Assembly (NCBI GenBank): GCA_045567335.1 | Contig: JBJLCZ010000006.1 | Coordinates: forward strand, 9,732 to 73,731 | Direction: 5' to 3' | DNA: 64,000 nucleotides | Origin: Pelagibacteraceae bacterium | GTDB lineage: Bacteria > Pseudomonadota > Alphaproteobacteria > Pelagibacterales > Pelagibacteraceae | Part shown: in pieces, positions 41,348 to 54,243 of the stretch | Position numbering within the stretch: the first letter of the stretch is position 1 | How the letters are laid out: each line of letters begins with the position of its first letter | The notes under the pieces: generated by a model | What the model was told of the DNA's origin: nothing | The model's database searches: none | What the model saw: only the letters and a program-made list of their open reading frames with translations | Translations under genes and position numbers: made by a program

Positions 41348-42652
41348 AGAAATTTTAACTTGTAAGCCTCCGAGGTCGCTTTTTGATAAACTAATGTTGC
41401 CTCCATGAGAATTTATAATATCTTGTGATATAGAAAGTCCTAAACCTACTCCAAGTTTATTGAGACTTCTGCTTTTATCTAATCTGTAAAAAGGCTTAAA
41501 TACATTTTGAAGTTGATCATCAGGTATTCCAGGACCATCATCATCTATGAAAATTATCAACCTATTTGTAGTTTTATTAACTTCTATAAACACATTATTA
41601 CCATAAGAAAGGCCATTTTGGATAATATTATTAAAAGATCTTTCAAGTTCATTCTTCCTTGCTTCTAACTGTATACTATCTTTAATTTTTAAATTAATTT
41701 TTTTATTATTAAATTTCTCAACAATTTTTTGTAAAAAATTATTAAAGTGAATAATAGTAGATTTTTCCTTAATTTGTGATTTTGCGAATTCCAAGTAATC
41801 ATTTAACATTTTTTCCATTTCGTCTATATCTTTTGACATTTTACTCGAAACATCTTTTTGATTTAACATTGCTAATTGTAATTTTAATCTAGTTAACGGA
41901 GTTCTTAAATCATGACTAATGCCTGAAAGCATTTCTGATCTTTGGTTTAAATGTCTGTTAATTCTTTTGACCATTCTATCAAATTCGTATGAAGCCTTTC
42001 TTATTTCTGATGCTCCTGAAGCTCTGAATTCATTTATATAATCTCCTTTGCCAAATCTCTCTGCAGCTTTTGCTAGATTAACGATTGGTCTTGTTTGATT
42101 TTTTAAAAATATTATTGCTATAAAAATAAGCACAAAAGATGGAACTGTAATCCATAATAAAAATAACCTTACAGAAGAAGTGGCTATCTTGCTTCTAGGA
42201 AAAAAAAACTGAATAATTTTATCGTTAGATCTAATTCTAACTTCTACAATATCTTTGTAATTAGAAGTATTAAACCAATAATTGTTATTCCCAAAAGCAG
42301 ATTTTAATTCCCTTCTCAATGATCTATCCATTGGACTAAATTTTCGTTCATTTGAAACTTTCGGAAGATCTTGATCTAAAAAATTAATTACGTAGTTAAA
42401 GTTTTTTTTATAAATATTTGCTAATACTTCTTTTTGATTTTTTTGATTATAATTAAAATCTATTAAAGTTTTTATTTCTCCAACTAAAGATCTTGTCATG
42501 CCTTTATTAGCTTTAATCCAAATACTGTCGAAAAAAACTACAGTAATTATTAATTGTAAAATAATTATTGGAGCAGCAACTATAATTAAAGATCTATAAA
42601 AAAGACTTTTTGGCAATATAATTTTTAATGTTCTATTCAGTCCAGAGAACAT
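41336..42652 (-). CDS. Two-component sensor histidine kinase (EnvZ-like)
   Basis: Two TMs, HAMP, SHDLRTPLTR H-box, DDDGPGIP, FKPFYR, GVGLGL. Confidence 0.93.
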   Translation of the reverse strand: MFSGLNRTLKIILPKSLFYRSLIIVAAPIIILQLIITVVFFDSIWIKANKGMTRSLVGEIKTLIDFNYNQKNQKEVLANIYKKNFNYVINFLDQDLPKVSNERKFSPMDRSLRRELKSAFGNNNYWFNTSNYKDIVEVRIRSNDKIIQFFFPRSKIATSSVRLFLLWITVPSFVLIFIAIIFLKNQTRPIVNLAKAAERFGKGDYINEFRASGASEIRKASYEFDRMVKRINRHLNQRSEMLSGISHDLRTPLTRLKLQLAMLNQKDVSSKMSKDIDEMEKMLNDYLEFAKSQIKEKSTIIHFNNFLQKIVEKFNNKKINLKIKDSIQLEARKNELERSFNNIIQNGLSYGNNVFIEVNKTTNRLIIFIDDDGPGIPDDQLQNVFKPFYRLDKSRSLNKLGVGLGLSISQDIINSHGGNISLSKSDLGGLQVKISLPF

Positions 42653-43310
42653 ATCCCGACCCCCTTATCGTTTGTAGATATTTTGGATTTTTTGGATTTT
42701 CTTCAATTTTTTGTCTAAGTCTTGTTATCATTACATCTATAGATCTCTCTTGAGTTATATTTGAAATTTTACCAATCTGTTCTCTAGAAAAGGTTTTTCC
42801 AGGATGACTTAACATTTCTGTCAGAACTTTTTTTTCTGCATTATTTATTTTTAACGTTTTAGATTTAAAATTTAAGGTCATTTTATTTAAATCTATTTTC
42901 GCTTTTCCAATATAATTAATATTTTTTAAATTATTTATTTTGTTTTTAGAAAGAATATTATTAATTCTTAATAATAATTCTTTTGGTTCAAAAGGTTTAC
43001 CTAAATAATCATCAGCTCCTAATTCAAGACCTTTTATTCTATTTTCAACTTCTCCTTTTGCTGTAAGTAAAATGATAGGAATATCTGAGTCTTTCTTAAT
43101 TTCTTTCGTTAATTCAAACCCACTTTGTCCAGGCATCATTACATCAAGCACTATTAAATTAAACTTAAATTTATTACAAAGATACTTTGCTTTCTCTGCA
43201 TCAAAAGCTGTAGAAACAATAAAATTGTTCTCATTAAGATATTCTTTTATTAGCTCTCTGATTCTGTCATCATCATCAACTACTAAAATATGTATTTTAT
43301 TTTTTTCCAT
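42633..43310 (-). CDS. OmpR family response regulator (PetR-like)
   Basis: VVDDD, LDVMMPG, LLTA, GADDYLGKPF, RSIDVMITRLRQKIE, TIRGSGY. Confidence 0.94.
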   Translation of the reverse strand: MEKNKIHILVVDDDDRIRELIKEYLNENNFIVSTAFDAEKAKYLCNKFKFNLIVLDVMMPGQSGFELTKEIKKDSDIPIILLTAKGEVENRIKGLELGADDYLGKPFEPKELLLRINNILSKNKINNLKNINYIGKAKIDLNKMTLNFKSKTLKINNAEKKVLTEMLSHPGKTFSREQIGKISNITQERSIDVMITRLRQKIEENPKNPKYLQTIRGSGYVLWTE

Positions 43311-43740
43311 TTATTATTTTATTTAAAACTTCTTTAAATTTAATTACAGAATCTGACTCGGAAGTTTTAAGAGCATTATAAATTCTTTTTTTTTGTGACT
43401 CATAAACTTTTTCAAAAAAAATTTTTCCTTCTTTATCTAAAAATAAATCTTTTCTTCTTGTATCACTAATATTTTTTACTTGTTTTATCATTTTAGATTT
43501 AATTAAATCTCTTAATACTCGGTTTATACTCTGTTTCGTAATTTTTAATTTAAATATAAGTTCTCCGAGACTAATTCCAGGATTTCTTTCAATAAGATTT
43601 AAAGCTCTCAAATGCGCAGACCCGAAATATTTTTTTTGAAGAATTTGCTTGGGATCTGAAAAAGTTTCTCTGTAAGCGTAATATAATAACTGAATAAAGT
43701 CTTTTATTTGTTCATCTTTAAGATAGAGTAAATCTTTCAT
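43297..43740 (-). CDS. MarR family transcriptional regulator (PetP-like)
   Basis: LLYYAYR, AHLRAL, ITKQSINRVL, DTRRK wHTH. Confidence 0.88.
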   Translation of the reverse strand: MKDLLYLKDEQIKDFIQLLYYAYRETFSDPKQILQKKYFGSAHLRALNLIERNPGISLGELIFKLKITKQSINRVLRDLIKSKMIKQVKNISDTRRKDLFLDKEGKIFFEKVYESQKKRIYNALKTSESDSVIKFKEVLNKIINGKK

Positions 43741-43818
43741 AATGGTAAGTTATATTGACTTATTGTATTAAGAAAAATACTTTTTTGTAACTAAAAAATC
43801 GTTATATTTAAAATAAAA

Positions 43819-44706
43819 ATGGAAACAATACCTTACGACAAAAGATCAGGAAAACTATGGTTTAATGGGAAGACTATAGAATGGGGGAATGCCAAGATAC
43901 ATGTTTTAAATCACGGTCTTCATTATGCTAGCTGTGTATTTGAGGGTGAAAGGGTTTATGATGGTGAAATATTTAAACTTGAAGAACATACTGATAGATT
44001 ATTTTATTCTGCTAAAAGAATGTTAATAAAAGTTCCATATAATCAAAATGAAATTAATGAAGCTTGCAAAAATATTGTTAAAATCCAGAGAGTTCAAAAT
44101 GGATATGTTAGACCAGTCATTTGGAGAGGAAGTGAAATGATGGCAATCTCTGCGCAAAAAAATAAAATAAACGTAGCAATAGCCACTTGGGAGTGGGGAT
44201 CTTATTTTGATCCTAAATTGAAATTAAATGGAATTAAATTAAATATTTCTTCTTGGCGCAGACCAAATCCGAACTCTATTCCATGGGATACTAAAGCTGC
44301 TGGTCTTTATATGATTTGCACTTTGTCAAAACATGAAGCTGAAAGTCAAGGTTTTACTGATTCTTTAATGTTGGATCATGAAGGTAATATAGCTGAAGCA
44401 ACAGGCGCTAATATTTTTTTCAAAAATAAAGAAAATGAACTTCACACTCCTATACCTGACTCTTTTCTTGATGGAATAACTAGAAGAGAGGTAATCTCAA
44501 TAGCAAAATCTAAAGGAATTAAAGTTATTGAAAGAAAAATAAAGCCCGAAGAAATGGATAAATTCATTGGATGTTTTTTGACAGGAACCGCTGCTGAAGT
44601 AACACCCGTATCACAGATAGATAAGTATAATTTTGAAGTTTGTTCTGTTATTACGGGTTTAAATAAAAGCTATCAATCGTTGGTTAGAAAAAAATCTGCA
44701 GCTTAA
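43819..44706 (+). CDS. ilvE: Branched-chain amino acid aminotransferase
   Basis: HGLHYASCVFEG, YVRP, KAAGLY, EATGANIF, LDGITR, TGTAAEVTP. Confidence 0.95.
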   Translation: METIPYDKRSGKLWFNGKTIEWGNAKIHVLNHGLHYASCVFEGERVYDGEIFKLEEHTDRLFYSAKRMLIKVPYNQNEINEACKNIVKIQRVQNGYVRPVIWRGSEMMAISAQKNKINVAIATWEWGSYFDPKLKLNGIKLNISSWRRPNPNSIPWDTKAAGLYMICTLSKHEAESQGFTDSLMLDHEGNIAEATGANIFFKNKENELHTPIPDSFLDGITRREVISIAKSKGIKVIERKIKPEEMDKFIGCFLTGTAAEVTPVSQIDKYNFEVCSVITGLNKSYQSLVRKKSAA

Positions 44707-45287
44707 TTTTTTTTATCTTCATTAATTGCATGATCGATTCCTTTCATAAGATAGTCGTAACCAGTATATAAAGTTAAAAAAGCTGAGAGCCATAAAAGTA
44801 TTATACCAATTGTTTGCGCATTATAGTCCTGAAAATTAATAATTTTATTTCCACTTTCACCTGTTAAAAGAATCGCAATTGCAAGCATTTGTAAAAAAGT
44901 TTTTAATTTTGCAAGACCTGAAACTGGCATATCTATACTCACCTTAGCCAAAAATTCTCTTAGTCCTGAAATCAATATTTCTCTTGTTAATATTATGATT
45001 GCAGCTATTACCTCATAATTTTTTATTGTCTCATTCATAACAAGCAAGATTAAAGCTGATGCAACTATAATTTTATCTGCTATAGGATCCAAAAGTTCTC
45101 CAAGTTTAGATTCTTCTTTAAACAATCTCGCTAAAAGGCCATCCAGATAATCTGTAAAACTAGCTAAAACAAATAAAAAAAAGGGTATAAGATCACCAAA
45201 AAAACCGGGAATAAAAAAACTTAATACGAAAATTGGAACTATAATTATTCTACCAATGGTTAAGATATTAGGAATTTGTATTTTCAT
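44703..45287 (-). CDS. pgsA: CDP-diacylglycerol--glycerol-3-phosphate 3-phosphatidyltransferase
   Basis: IPNILT..R, TDYLDGLLAR..S.LG..LDPIADK, REILISGLRE; downstream of uvrC. Confidence 0.95.
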   Translation of the reverse strand: MKIQIPNILTIGRIIIVPIFVLSFFIPGFFGDLIPFFLFVLASFTDYLDGLLARLFKEESKLGELLDPIADKIIVASALILLVMNETIKNYEVIAAIIILTREILISGLREFLAKVSIDMPVSGLAKLKTFLQMLAIAILLTGESGNKIINFQDYNAQTIGIILLWLSAFLTLYTGYDYLMKGIDHAINEDKKN

Positions 45288-45289
45288 AT

Positions 45290-47128
45290 TTATTCGTGAA
45301 AATAATTATATATTTTCTTAGCTATATTGTCTTCTATTCCTTCGACAGATTTTATTTCATCAAAACTTGCTGATTCTACTGCCCTAGCTGAACCAAAATG
45401 GTTTAATAGAGCTCTTTTTCTAAGCTTTCCTATTCCAGGTATTTGGTCAAGCAAAGATTTACTTATTCCCTTTTTCCTTCTAGTCCTGTGAGAGGTAATT
45501 GCAAATCTATGTGCTTCATCTCTTAATCTTTGAATAAAAAATAACAATGGATCATTTTTTATAAACTTATATTCTTTATTTTCAAAATATATAGTTTCGT
45601 TTCCTGCGTTTCTATTTTTACCTTTTGCGATAGCTATTATTGGCATTTTATTTAATTTCAGATCATTTAATATCTTTCTACTAGAGGAATATTGACCCTT
45701 TCCACCATCAATCATGACTAAGTCAGGCAAAGATAATGCACCAGATTTTTCTTTCATCACCTTTGAAAATCTTCTAAATAAGACTTCTTTAAGCATGCCG
45801 TAATCGTCGCCCTTAACATCGTTATCTTTAATATTAAATTTTCTATATCTCTTTTTTATAAAACCTTCATTTCCAAAAGTTATTAGGCCACCAATACAAT
45901 CTGTGCCCTGTATATGACTGTTATCATAAACTTCGATTAAATTAATTTGATTATTTAATTTAAATTTTTTGGCTAATTTCTTGATCAAGCTTATGTTGCT
46001 TTGAGTTTCATTTAATTTTTGTGTTAAAGCTTGCCTTGCATTTTTTTCTGCCATAAGAGAAACTGATTTTTCTTCTTTTTTTTTAGCTACTTTGATAATA
46101 ATTTTTTTATTTTCTTTTAAAGAAAAAGTTTTTTCTAATAATTTTTGCTCATTAATTTTATGACTTGTAATTATTAATGAAGGAATAGATTTGTTCTCAT
46201 AAAATTGGGCAATAAACGAGGACAAGATATTGGACAATTTTTCATCACCATCGTGTTTTGGAAAGAAAGCTTGATTACCCCAGTTTTGTTTAGATCTAAA
46301 AAAAAATACTTGTATACAAGTTTTACCAGACTCTTTGTATCCAGCTACTATGTCTGCCTCAATTAGATTAGCTTCACTTATCTTTAGTGAAGACTGAATT
46401 ATATTAAGAGATTTTATTTTATCTCTAAATGATGCAGCTTTTTCAAAATCTAGTTCATTGCTGGCTTTATCCATCTGAATAGAAAGATTTTTTTGTATTT
46501 TTCTATATTTTCCACTTGATAAAAATTCGTCCGCAGACTCTACTAATTTAGAATAATCTTCTTTACTTATTTTTCCTCCACAAGGACCTGAACAACGTTT
46601 CAAATAATAATTGAAACAAGTTTTATTTGCTAAAGCAACTTGTTGATCAGTACAAGATCTTAATAAAAAAATTTTTTGTAGAGTTTTTATCGCACTATTT
46701 ACAGCCATCGCACTAGCAAAAGGTCCAAAATATCGTCCTGGTTTATTTTTTACTCCTCGATGTTTTTCAATACGAGGGAAATCATGTTCAGATAAAAAAA
46801 TATATGGAAAAGATTTATCATCTTTTAGAAGTATGTTGAAACGAGGTTTATATTTTTTGATTAAATTTGCTTCGAGAAGTAAAGCCTCACTTTCATTAGA
46901 TGTAGTAGTAGTTTCTAAATACTTTGTTTGAGATAACATTCTTTCAGTTCTTATGGGTAAGTTTCCATCCGATATATAGCTTCTTAGTCTATTAGGAATG
47001 TTTTTAGCTTTACCAATATATAAAATTTCTTTTTTAGAACTTAACATTCTGTAAACGCCAGGGTTTTTGGGTAAAAGGGGAATTTTATTTCTAATTATTC
47101 TTTTACCTAAATCTAAGTTATTTATCAT
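45290..47128 (-). CDS. uvrC: Excinuclease ABC subunit C
   Basis: PGVYRM..LYIGKAK (GIY-YIG), [22 protein letters not shown], HhH. Confidence 0.97.
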   Translation of the reverse strand: MINNLDLGKRIIRNKIPLLPKNPGVYRMLSSKKEILYIGKAKNIPNRLRSYISDGNLPIRTERMLSQTKYLETTTTSNESEALLLEANLIKKYKPRFNILLKDDKSFPYIFLSEHDFPRIEKHRGVKNKPGRYFGPFASAMAVNSAIKTLQKIFLLRSCTDQQVALANKTCFNYYLKRCSGPCGGKISKEDYSKLVESADEFLSSGKYRKIQKNLSIQMDKASNELDFEKAASFRDKIKSLNIIQSSLKISEANLIEADIVAGYKESGKTCIQVFFFRSKQNWGNQAFFPKHDGDEKLSNILSSFIAQFYENKSIPSLIITSHKINEQKLLEKTFSLKENKKIIIKVAKKKEEKSVSLMAEKNARQALTQKLNETQSNISLIKKLAKKFKLNNQINLIEVYDNSHIQGTDCIGGLITFGNEGFIKKRYRKFNIKDNDVKGDDYGMLKEVLFRRFSKVMKEKSGALSLPDLVMIDGGKGQYSSSRKILNDLKLNKMPIIAIAKGKNRNAGNETIYFENKEYKFIKNDPLLFFIQRLRDEAHRFAITSHRTRRKKGISKSLLDQIPGIGKLRKRALLNHFGSARAVESASFDEIKSVEGIEDNIAKKIYNYFHE

Positions 47129-47535
47129 AACCTTTTTTTTGAAATTTCAATTCCTACAGAGGATGTATTTTTAATAATTTGAGTTTTTTCTAATCTTAAA
47201 TTTACTTGTAAAATATTATTATTTTTAAACAGCTCATCAAATATATCTTCCGCTAAGGCTTCTAGTAATTCATAGTGTCTATTTTTGGTAAGTTTGACAA
47301 TAATTTTTACAATTGTTTCGTAATTTACAATACTACTAAGTTTTTTATCTATCGGTGTAAGCGAAGGATTAATGTCAATTGTGATGTTAAATCTTACTTC
47401 TTGTTTTTTTTCTTTTTCAAAATTATGAACACCAATAAATATTAAAAGTTTTAAATCAGATATTATTATTTTTCTTTTGTAAGAATAATTTTTTTTGGCT
47501 CTTAATTTAATAATTTTAAAATTTTTTTTTTTCAT
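47125..47535 (-). CDS. folB: Dihydroneopterin aldolase (FolB family)
   Basis: [29 protein letters not shown]. Confidence 0.85.
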   Translation of the reverse strand: MKKKNFKIIKLRAKKNYSYKRKIIISDLKLLIFIGVHNFEKEKKQEVRFNITIDINPSLTPIDKKLSSIVNYETIVKIIVKLTKNRHYELLEALAEDIFDELFKNNNILQVNLRLEKTQIIKNTSSVGIEISKKRL

Positions 47536-48287
47536 TCTTTTGTATTAATTATATCTGGCGTTTTCCAAGCCAACGATTGACCACTGTCTACGCTTATAAT
47601 TTGTCCTGTTATGTTATCATTCTTTATAAAATATTTAACAGTTTCGCAAATATTTTCGGGATTTACTTTATTTTTTAGTATTAAAGATCCCCATTGTTTT
47701 TTGAAATGATTTTCTGATTGTCTTTTATTTTTTATTGTTGGACCTGGGGCCACTGCATTTACTCTGATATTAGGAGCAAGACTCATCGCAGAAGTTTTAG
47801 TTAAAGTTTGAAGTCCAGCTTTGCTTAAAGTATATGAAAAAAAGAAAGGAGTTAATTTAAATATTCTTTGGTCAATAATATTTATTATTACTCCCTTTTT
47901 TGACTTCAAATATTTCTTGAAATTTTGAGTGAGAATGGCAGGCGCTTTTAAATTAATATTTATATGGCTATTAAAACTTCTTTCATTAAAACTTAGTAAT
48001 TCATCTTTTTCAAAAACTGAGGCATTATTAATTAGGCAATCTAAACCTTTCATCTTTTTGAAAGCAAAAGGTATTATTTTTTTGATTTGATTTGTACGAG
48101 ATAGGTCAGCTTTAATTAAAAAAATTTTACAACCAATATTTTCAAGTTTTTTTTTCAATTTTTTAACTTCTTTTTCTGATTTATTATAGTGCAAAGTAAT
48201 TTGTACACCATAGCCAGATAAAGATTTTGCTATTATGGCACCTAATCTAGTTGCACTACCAGTTATGATTATTTTTTTGGCTTCCAT
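47532..48287 (-). CDS. SDR family oxidoreductase, pteridine reductase (PTR1/FolM/PruA)-like
   Basis: [43 protein letters not shown]. Confidence 0.82.
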   Translation of the reverse strand: MEAKKIIITGSATRLGAIIAKSLSGYGVQITLHYNKSEKEVKKLKKKLENIGCKIFLIKADLSRTNQIKKIIPFAFKKMKGLDCLINNASVFEKDELLSFNERSFNSHININLKAPAILTQNFKKYLKSKKGVIINIIDQRIFKLTPFFFSYTLSKAGLQTLTKTSAMSLAPNIRVNAVAPGPTIKNKRQSENHFKKQWGSLILKNKVNPENICETVKYFIKNDNITGQIISVDSGQSLAWKTPDIINTKE

Positions 48288-50437
48288 TTTTTTTGCTGTC
48301 TTTTAGTTTGAGTTCCTGGCATTCCTAAAGTTGAACGGCCTTTAGGATAAATTTTGCTTTTAAGATTATATTGACTAATTTTTGGATTCAATGATATCTC
48401 TAATTCACTAGCTTCTAACTTCCTAATTTCATCCCTAATTTTAGCAGCTTCTTCAAACTCTAGATTAGCCGCCGAGTCCTTCATTTTTTTATTTAAACCT
48501 TTGAGATGTTTTTTCAGGTTGCCCCCAATATTTGATTCTTTTATATTTACATAATCTTTTTCATAAACAGATTCTAAAATATCACCTATCTCTTTTTTGA
48601 TAGATTCTGCAGTTATATTATTTTTTTTATTATATTTAGTTTGAATATCTCTTCTTCTGTCAGTTTCCTTTACAGCATTTATTATGCTTTTAGTTTTTTT
48701 ATCAGCGTATAAAATTACCTTTCCATCAAGATTTCTTGCTGCTCTACCAATTGTTTGAACTAAAGATGTTTCTGATCTTAAAAAACCCTCTTTATCAGCG
48801 TCTAAAATAGCTACTAAAGCACATTCAGGAATGTCCAAACCCTCTCTTAATAAATTTATACCGACTAATATATCAAAAACACCAAGCCTAAGGTCTCTAA
48901 TTATTTCAATTCTTTCTAAAGTATCTATATCAGAGTGCATATATCTGACTTTTAATCCATTTTCATGAAGGTATTCAGTTAAATCTTCAGCCATTTTTTT
49001 TGTTAATGTTGTTGCTAAAACCCTGTAACCTTTTTCAATTACTTTTGATGCCTCATGCATTAAATCATCTACTTGAGATTTAGCTGGCTTTATTTGCACC
49101 GGAGGGTCAATTAATCCTGTTGGTCTAATTATTTGATCTATATGTTTATTGTTTGTTTGTTTTAATTCCCAAGGACCGGGGGTAGCTGAAACAAAAATAG
49201 TTTGAGTTCTCATCATATCCCACTCTTCAAATTTTAAAGGTCTATTATCCATACAAGAGGGTAATCTAAAACCGTATTCAGCTAAAGTGCTCTTTCTAGT
49301 TCGATCACCTTTATACATACCATTTAACTGTGGAACAGTTACATGACTTTCATCAACAAATACAATTGTATTGTCAGGAAAGTATTCAAATAAAGTCGGA
49401 GGAGGCTCACCTGCTTTTCTTCCAGATAAAAATCTTGAATAATTTTCAATTCCTGCACAAGTGCCAGTTGCCTCTATCATTTCTAGATCAAATTTAGTTC
49501 TTTCTCTTAATCTTTGTTCTTCTAATAATTTATTATTTTCTCTGTGTTTTTTTAATGTTGTGGCAAGCTCAGATTTAATTTGTCTAATTGCCTGATCCAT
49601 AGTTGGTTTAGGGGTAATATAATGACTATTTGCGTATATTTTTACAGTTGAAAATTCATTTATTACATCACCAGTTAAGGGATCAAATTCTTCTATTTTT
49701 TCTAACTTGTTTAAGTTAAAACTTATCCGCCAAGCTCGATCTTCTAAATGTGATGGAAATATTTCTAAATTTTCTCCTCTTACTCTAAAAGTTCCTCTAA
49801 AAAAATTTTGATCATTTCTTTTATATTGAAGAGTAACAAAAGTTCTTATCAATTGATCTCTTTCATATTCATTATTTTTTTTAAGAGTGATTGTCATTTT
49901 ACTGTAAGCTTCAACTGAACCCAACCCATATATACAAGAAACACTTGCTACTATAATAACGTCATCTCTTTCTAGTAAGGAACGTGTCGCCGAATGCCTC
50001 ATTCTATCGATCTGCTCATTAATTGAAGCCTCTTTTTCAATGAACGTGTCAGATCTAGGCACATACGCTTCAGGAGTATAGTAGTCGTAGTAAGAAACAA
50101 AATATTCAACTGCATTATTCGGAAAAAAGCTTTTAAATTCTCCATACAATTGTGCAGCCAAGGTTTTATTTGGCGCTAGTATTAAAGCAGGTCTATTTGT
50201 GGTTTCTATAACTTTTGCCATAGTAAAAGTTTTACCTGAACCTGTGACTCCTAATAACACTTGTTCATTTTTTTGTTTTTTTAGATTTATGAGCAATTCT
50301 TTTATGGCTTGAGGCTGGTCTCCAGCTGGTTGAAAATCACTTTTAATTTTAAATTTAATACCCCCCTCTAACTTCTTTCTAATAGAGTTGTTAGTATTTT
50401 CAATATCTAGTATTTTTTCTTGATAAGTATTTTGCAT
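48269..50437 (-). CDS. uvrB: Excinuclease ABC subunit B
   Basis: [53 protein letters not shown]. Confidence 0.98.
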   Translation of the reverse strand: MQNTYQEKILDIENTNNSIRKKLEGGIKFKIKSDFQPAGDQPQAIKELLINLKKQKNEQVLLGVTGSGKTFTMAKVIETTNRPALILAPNKTLAAQLYGEFKSFFPNNAVEYFVSYYDYYTPEAYVPRSDTFIEKEASINEQIDRMRHSATRSLLERDDVIIVASVSCIYGLGSVEAYSKMTITLKKNNEYERDQLIRTFVTLQYKRNDQNFFRGTFRVRGENLEIFPSHLEDRAWRISFNLNKLEKIEEFDPLTGDVINEFSTVKIYANSHYITPKPTMDQAIRQIKSELATTLKKHRENNKLLEEQRLRERTKFDLEMIEATGTCAGIENYSRFLSGRKAGEPPPTLFEYFPDNTIVFVDESHVTVPQLNGMYKGDRTRKSTLAEYGFRLPSCMDNRPLKFEEWDMMRTQTIFVSATPGPWELKQTNNKHIDQIIRPTGLIDPPVQIKPAKSQVDDLMHEASKVIEKGYRVLATTLTKKMAEDLTEYLHENGLKVRYMHSDIDTLERIEIIRDLRLGVFDILVGINLLREGLDIPECALVAILDADKEGFLRSETSLVQTIGRAARNLDGKVILYADKKTKSIINAVKETDRRRDIQTKYNKKNNITAESIKKEIGDILESVYEKDYVNIKESNIGGNLKKHLKGLNKKMKDSAANLEFEEAAKIRDEIRKLEASELEISLNPKISQYNLKSKIYPKGRSTLGMPGTQTKRQQKKWKPKK

Positions 50438-50473
50438 TTTGTGTTATTAATAATTTAAAAAAAAATATTATAA

Positions 50474-52608
<2,135 letters not shown>

Positions 52609-52632
52609 TCCAATAAGGATATATAGTAACAA

Positions 52633-53583
52633 ATGTTAAAATTAAAAGCACATCTTTTGACCCAGGGAATGCATGGAATGATAAGTCAAGCAGAAGGCTT
52701 ATCCAATGCATTAAATCTTAATTTTAAACATCATACTGTTAAATTAAAACCATTATGGAATTTAATACCCCCTAAGTTCTCTCCTATTTCCGAAAACTTA
52801 TTAACAGAAAAATTTATATGTGATTCCAGGGTAATTATATCTTGTGGAAGAAAAAGTGTAATACACTCAATTGCGCTTAAAAAAAGATTTAAAAATAAAA
52901 TTTTTAATATTCACATACAAGATCCTAAAACTTCTTTAAATCATTTTGACCTAATTATTTGTCCTGAGCACGATAAATTAGATGGAGAAAATGTAATTAA
53001 AACTAAAGGCGCAATTCACTATTTAACAAAAAAAGAAATTGAAAAACAATCTAAATATATAAAAATTGATAAAGAAAATAAAAAAATTATTTCCTTTATT
53101 TTAGGGGGGCCTAATAAATATTATGATTTTTCAAATGATCAAGTAAACATTATTTTTAACAAAGTAAAAAATTTATTTACACCAGATAAATATAAAATAG
53201 TTGTAATTCCTTCTTATAGAACTCCAGAAGATATAATAAAAAAAGCTTTTAATACCTTTAGTCATAATCATATAGTATTTAAAGAGGTTAATAAAAATGC
53301 ATATTTGTCCTCTCTCAGCATGTCTGATTTTATAGTAATTACATGTGACTCGACCTCGATGATTTCAGAGGCCGCAGTGACCGGTAAGCCTATTTATGTA
53401 GCAAATATGATCCCAACAAAAAATAATAAGAGATTTAAATTTTTCTATGAGCAGTTTAAAAAACTCGGAATAATTAAAGATCTTGAAGATAGTATTGACA
53501 TATGGAGTTACAATCAGTTAGATGAAGTAAATAGAATAGCGCCAATAATTAAAGATAAAATGAAGTCAAATGGAATTATTTAA
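52633..53583 (+). CDS. ELM1/GtrOC1 family putative glycosyltransferase (mitochondrial fission ELM1 family)
   Basis: GMISQAEGL, ISCGR, IHIQDP, FDLIICPEHD, LGGP, SYRTP, TCDSTSMISEA. Confidence 0.85.
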   Translation: MLKLKAHLLTQGMHGMISQAEGLSNALNLNFKHHTVKLKPLWNLIPPKFSPISENLLTEKFICDSRVIISCGRKSVIHSIALKKRFKNKIFNIHIQDPKTSLNHFDLIICPEHDKLDGENVIKTKGAIHYLTKKEIEKQSKYIKIDKENKKIISFILGGPNKYYDFSNDQVNIIFNKVKNLFTPDKYKIVVIPSYRTPEDIIKKAFNTFSHNHIVFKEVNKNAYLSSLSMSDFIVITCDSTSMISEAAVTGKPIYVANMIPTKNNKRFKFFYEQFKKLGIIKDLEDSIDIWSYNQLDEVNRIAPIIKDKMKSNGII

Positions 53584-54232
53584 ATCACTTAAAGATAAAA
53601 CAAAATCATACGAATCTCCATTTAAGCATTTTGAACTAAATGAGCCATTAACTCATGAAGCAATTGAAGAAATATGTAAGGCTGAAGTACTTGATCCAAA
53701 AAAAGAAAATTTAAATTACGATGGAACGAGAGCGTTAGATGGCGGTGAAGGAGCTTTTCGTTCAGGCATAAAAGATGGTGGAAAAGCCAAAAAAATTAGA
53801 TGTTATGTTACTAGAGAAAATTCAAATCAATTTCCTCATTTAACAAAATTCATAGAAGAGCTTAGGTCTGAAAAAGTTCATAAAGAAATAGGTTCTTTAA
53901 TTGGTAGAGATCTAAGTAATTCATTTGTAAGACTAGAAGTTATTTGTGATAGAGAGGGTTTTTGGCTTAAGCCACATTGTGACATCAAAGAAAAATTAAT
54001 GTCATCAATAGTTTTTGTTAATCCTTATGAAGAATCTGAGAATTTAGGCACTGATTTTTATGATAAAAAATTAAATAAAGTTAAAACTGTTCCATATAAA
54101 AATAATTATGGATATTTTTTTACTAGTGGTCCAAATACTTGGCACGGTATGGAGAAAAAAGAGATAAAAAAAGAAAGAAGATGTATACAGATAAATTACG
54201 TTACATTCCCTACTGATTGGCCTGTTAAATAA
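53570..54232 (+). CDS. 2OG-Fe(II) oxygenase family protein
   Basis: HxD...H triad (LKPHCD ... TWHG), GT.FY, C-terminal RR.I.INYV. Confidence 0.8.
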   Translation: MELFKSLKDKTKSYESPFKHFELNEPLTHEAIEEICKAEVLDPKKENLNYDGTRALDGGEGAFRSGIKDGGKAKKIRCYVTRENSNQFPHLTKFIEELRSEKVHKEIGSLIGRDLSNSFVRLEVICDREGFWLKPHCDIKEKLMSSIVFVNPYEESENLGTDFYDKKLNKVKTVPYKNNYGYFFTSGPNTWHGMEKKEIKKERRCIQINYVTFPTDWPVK

Positions 54233-54243
54233 ACTAAAATATT

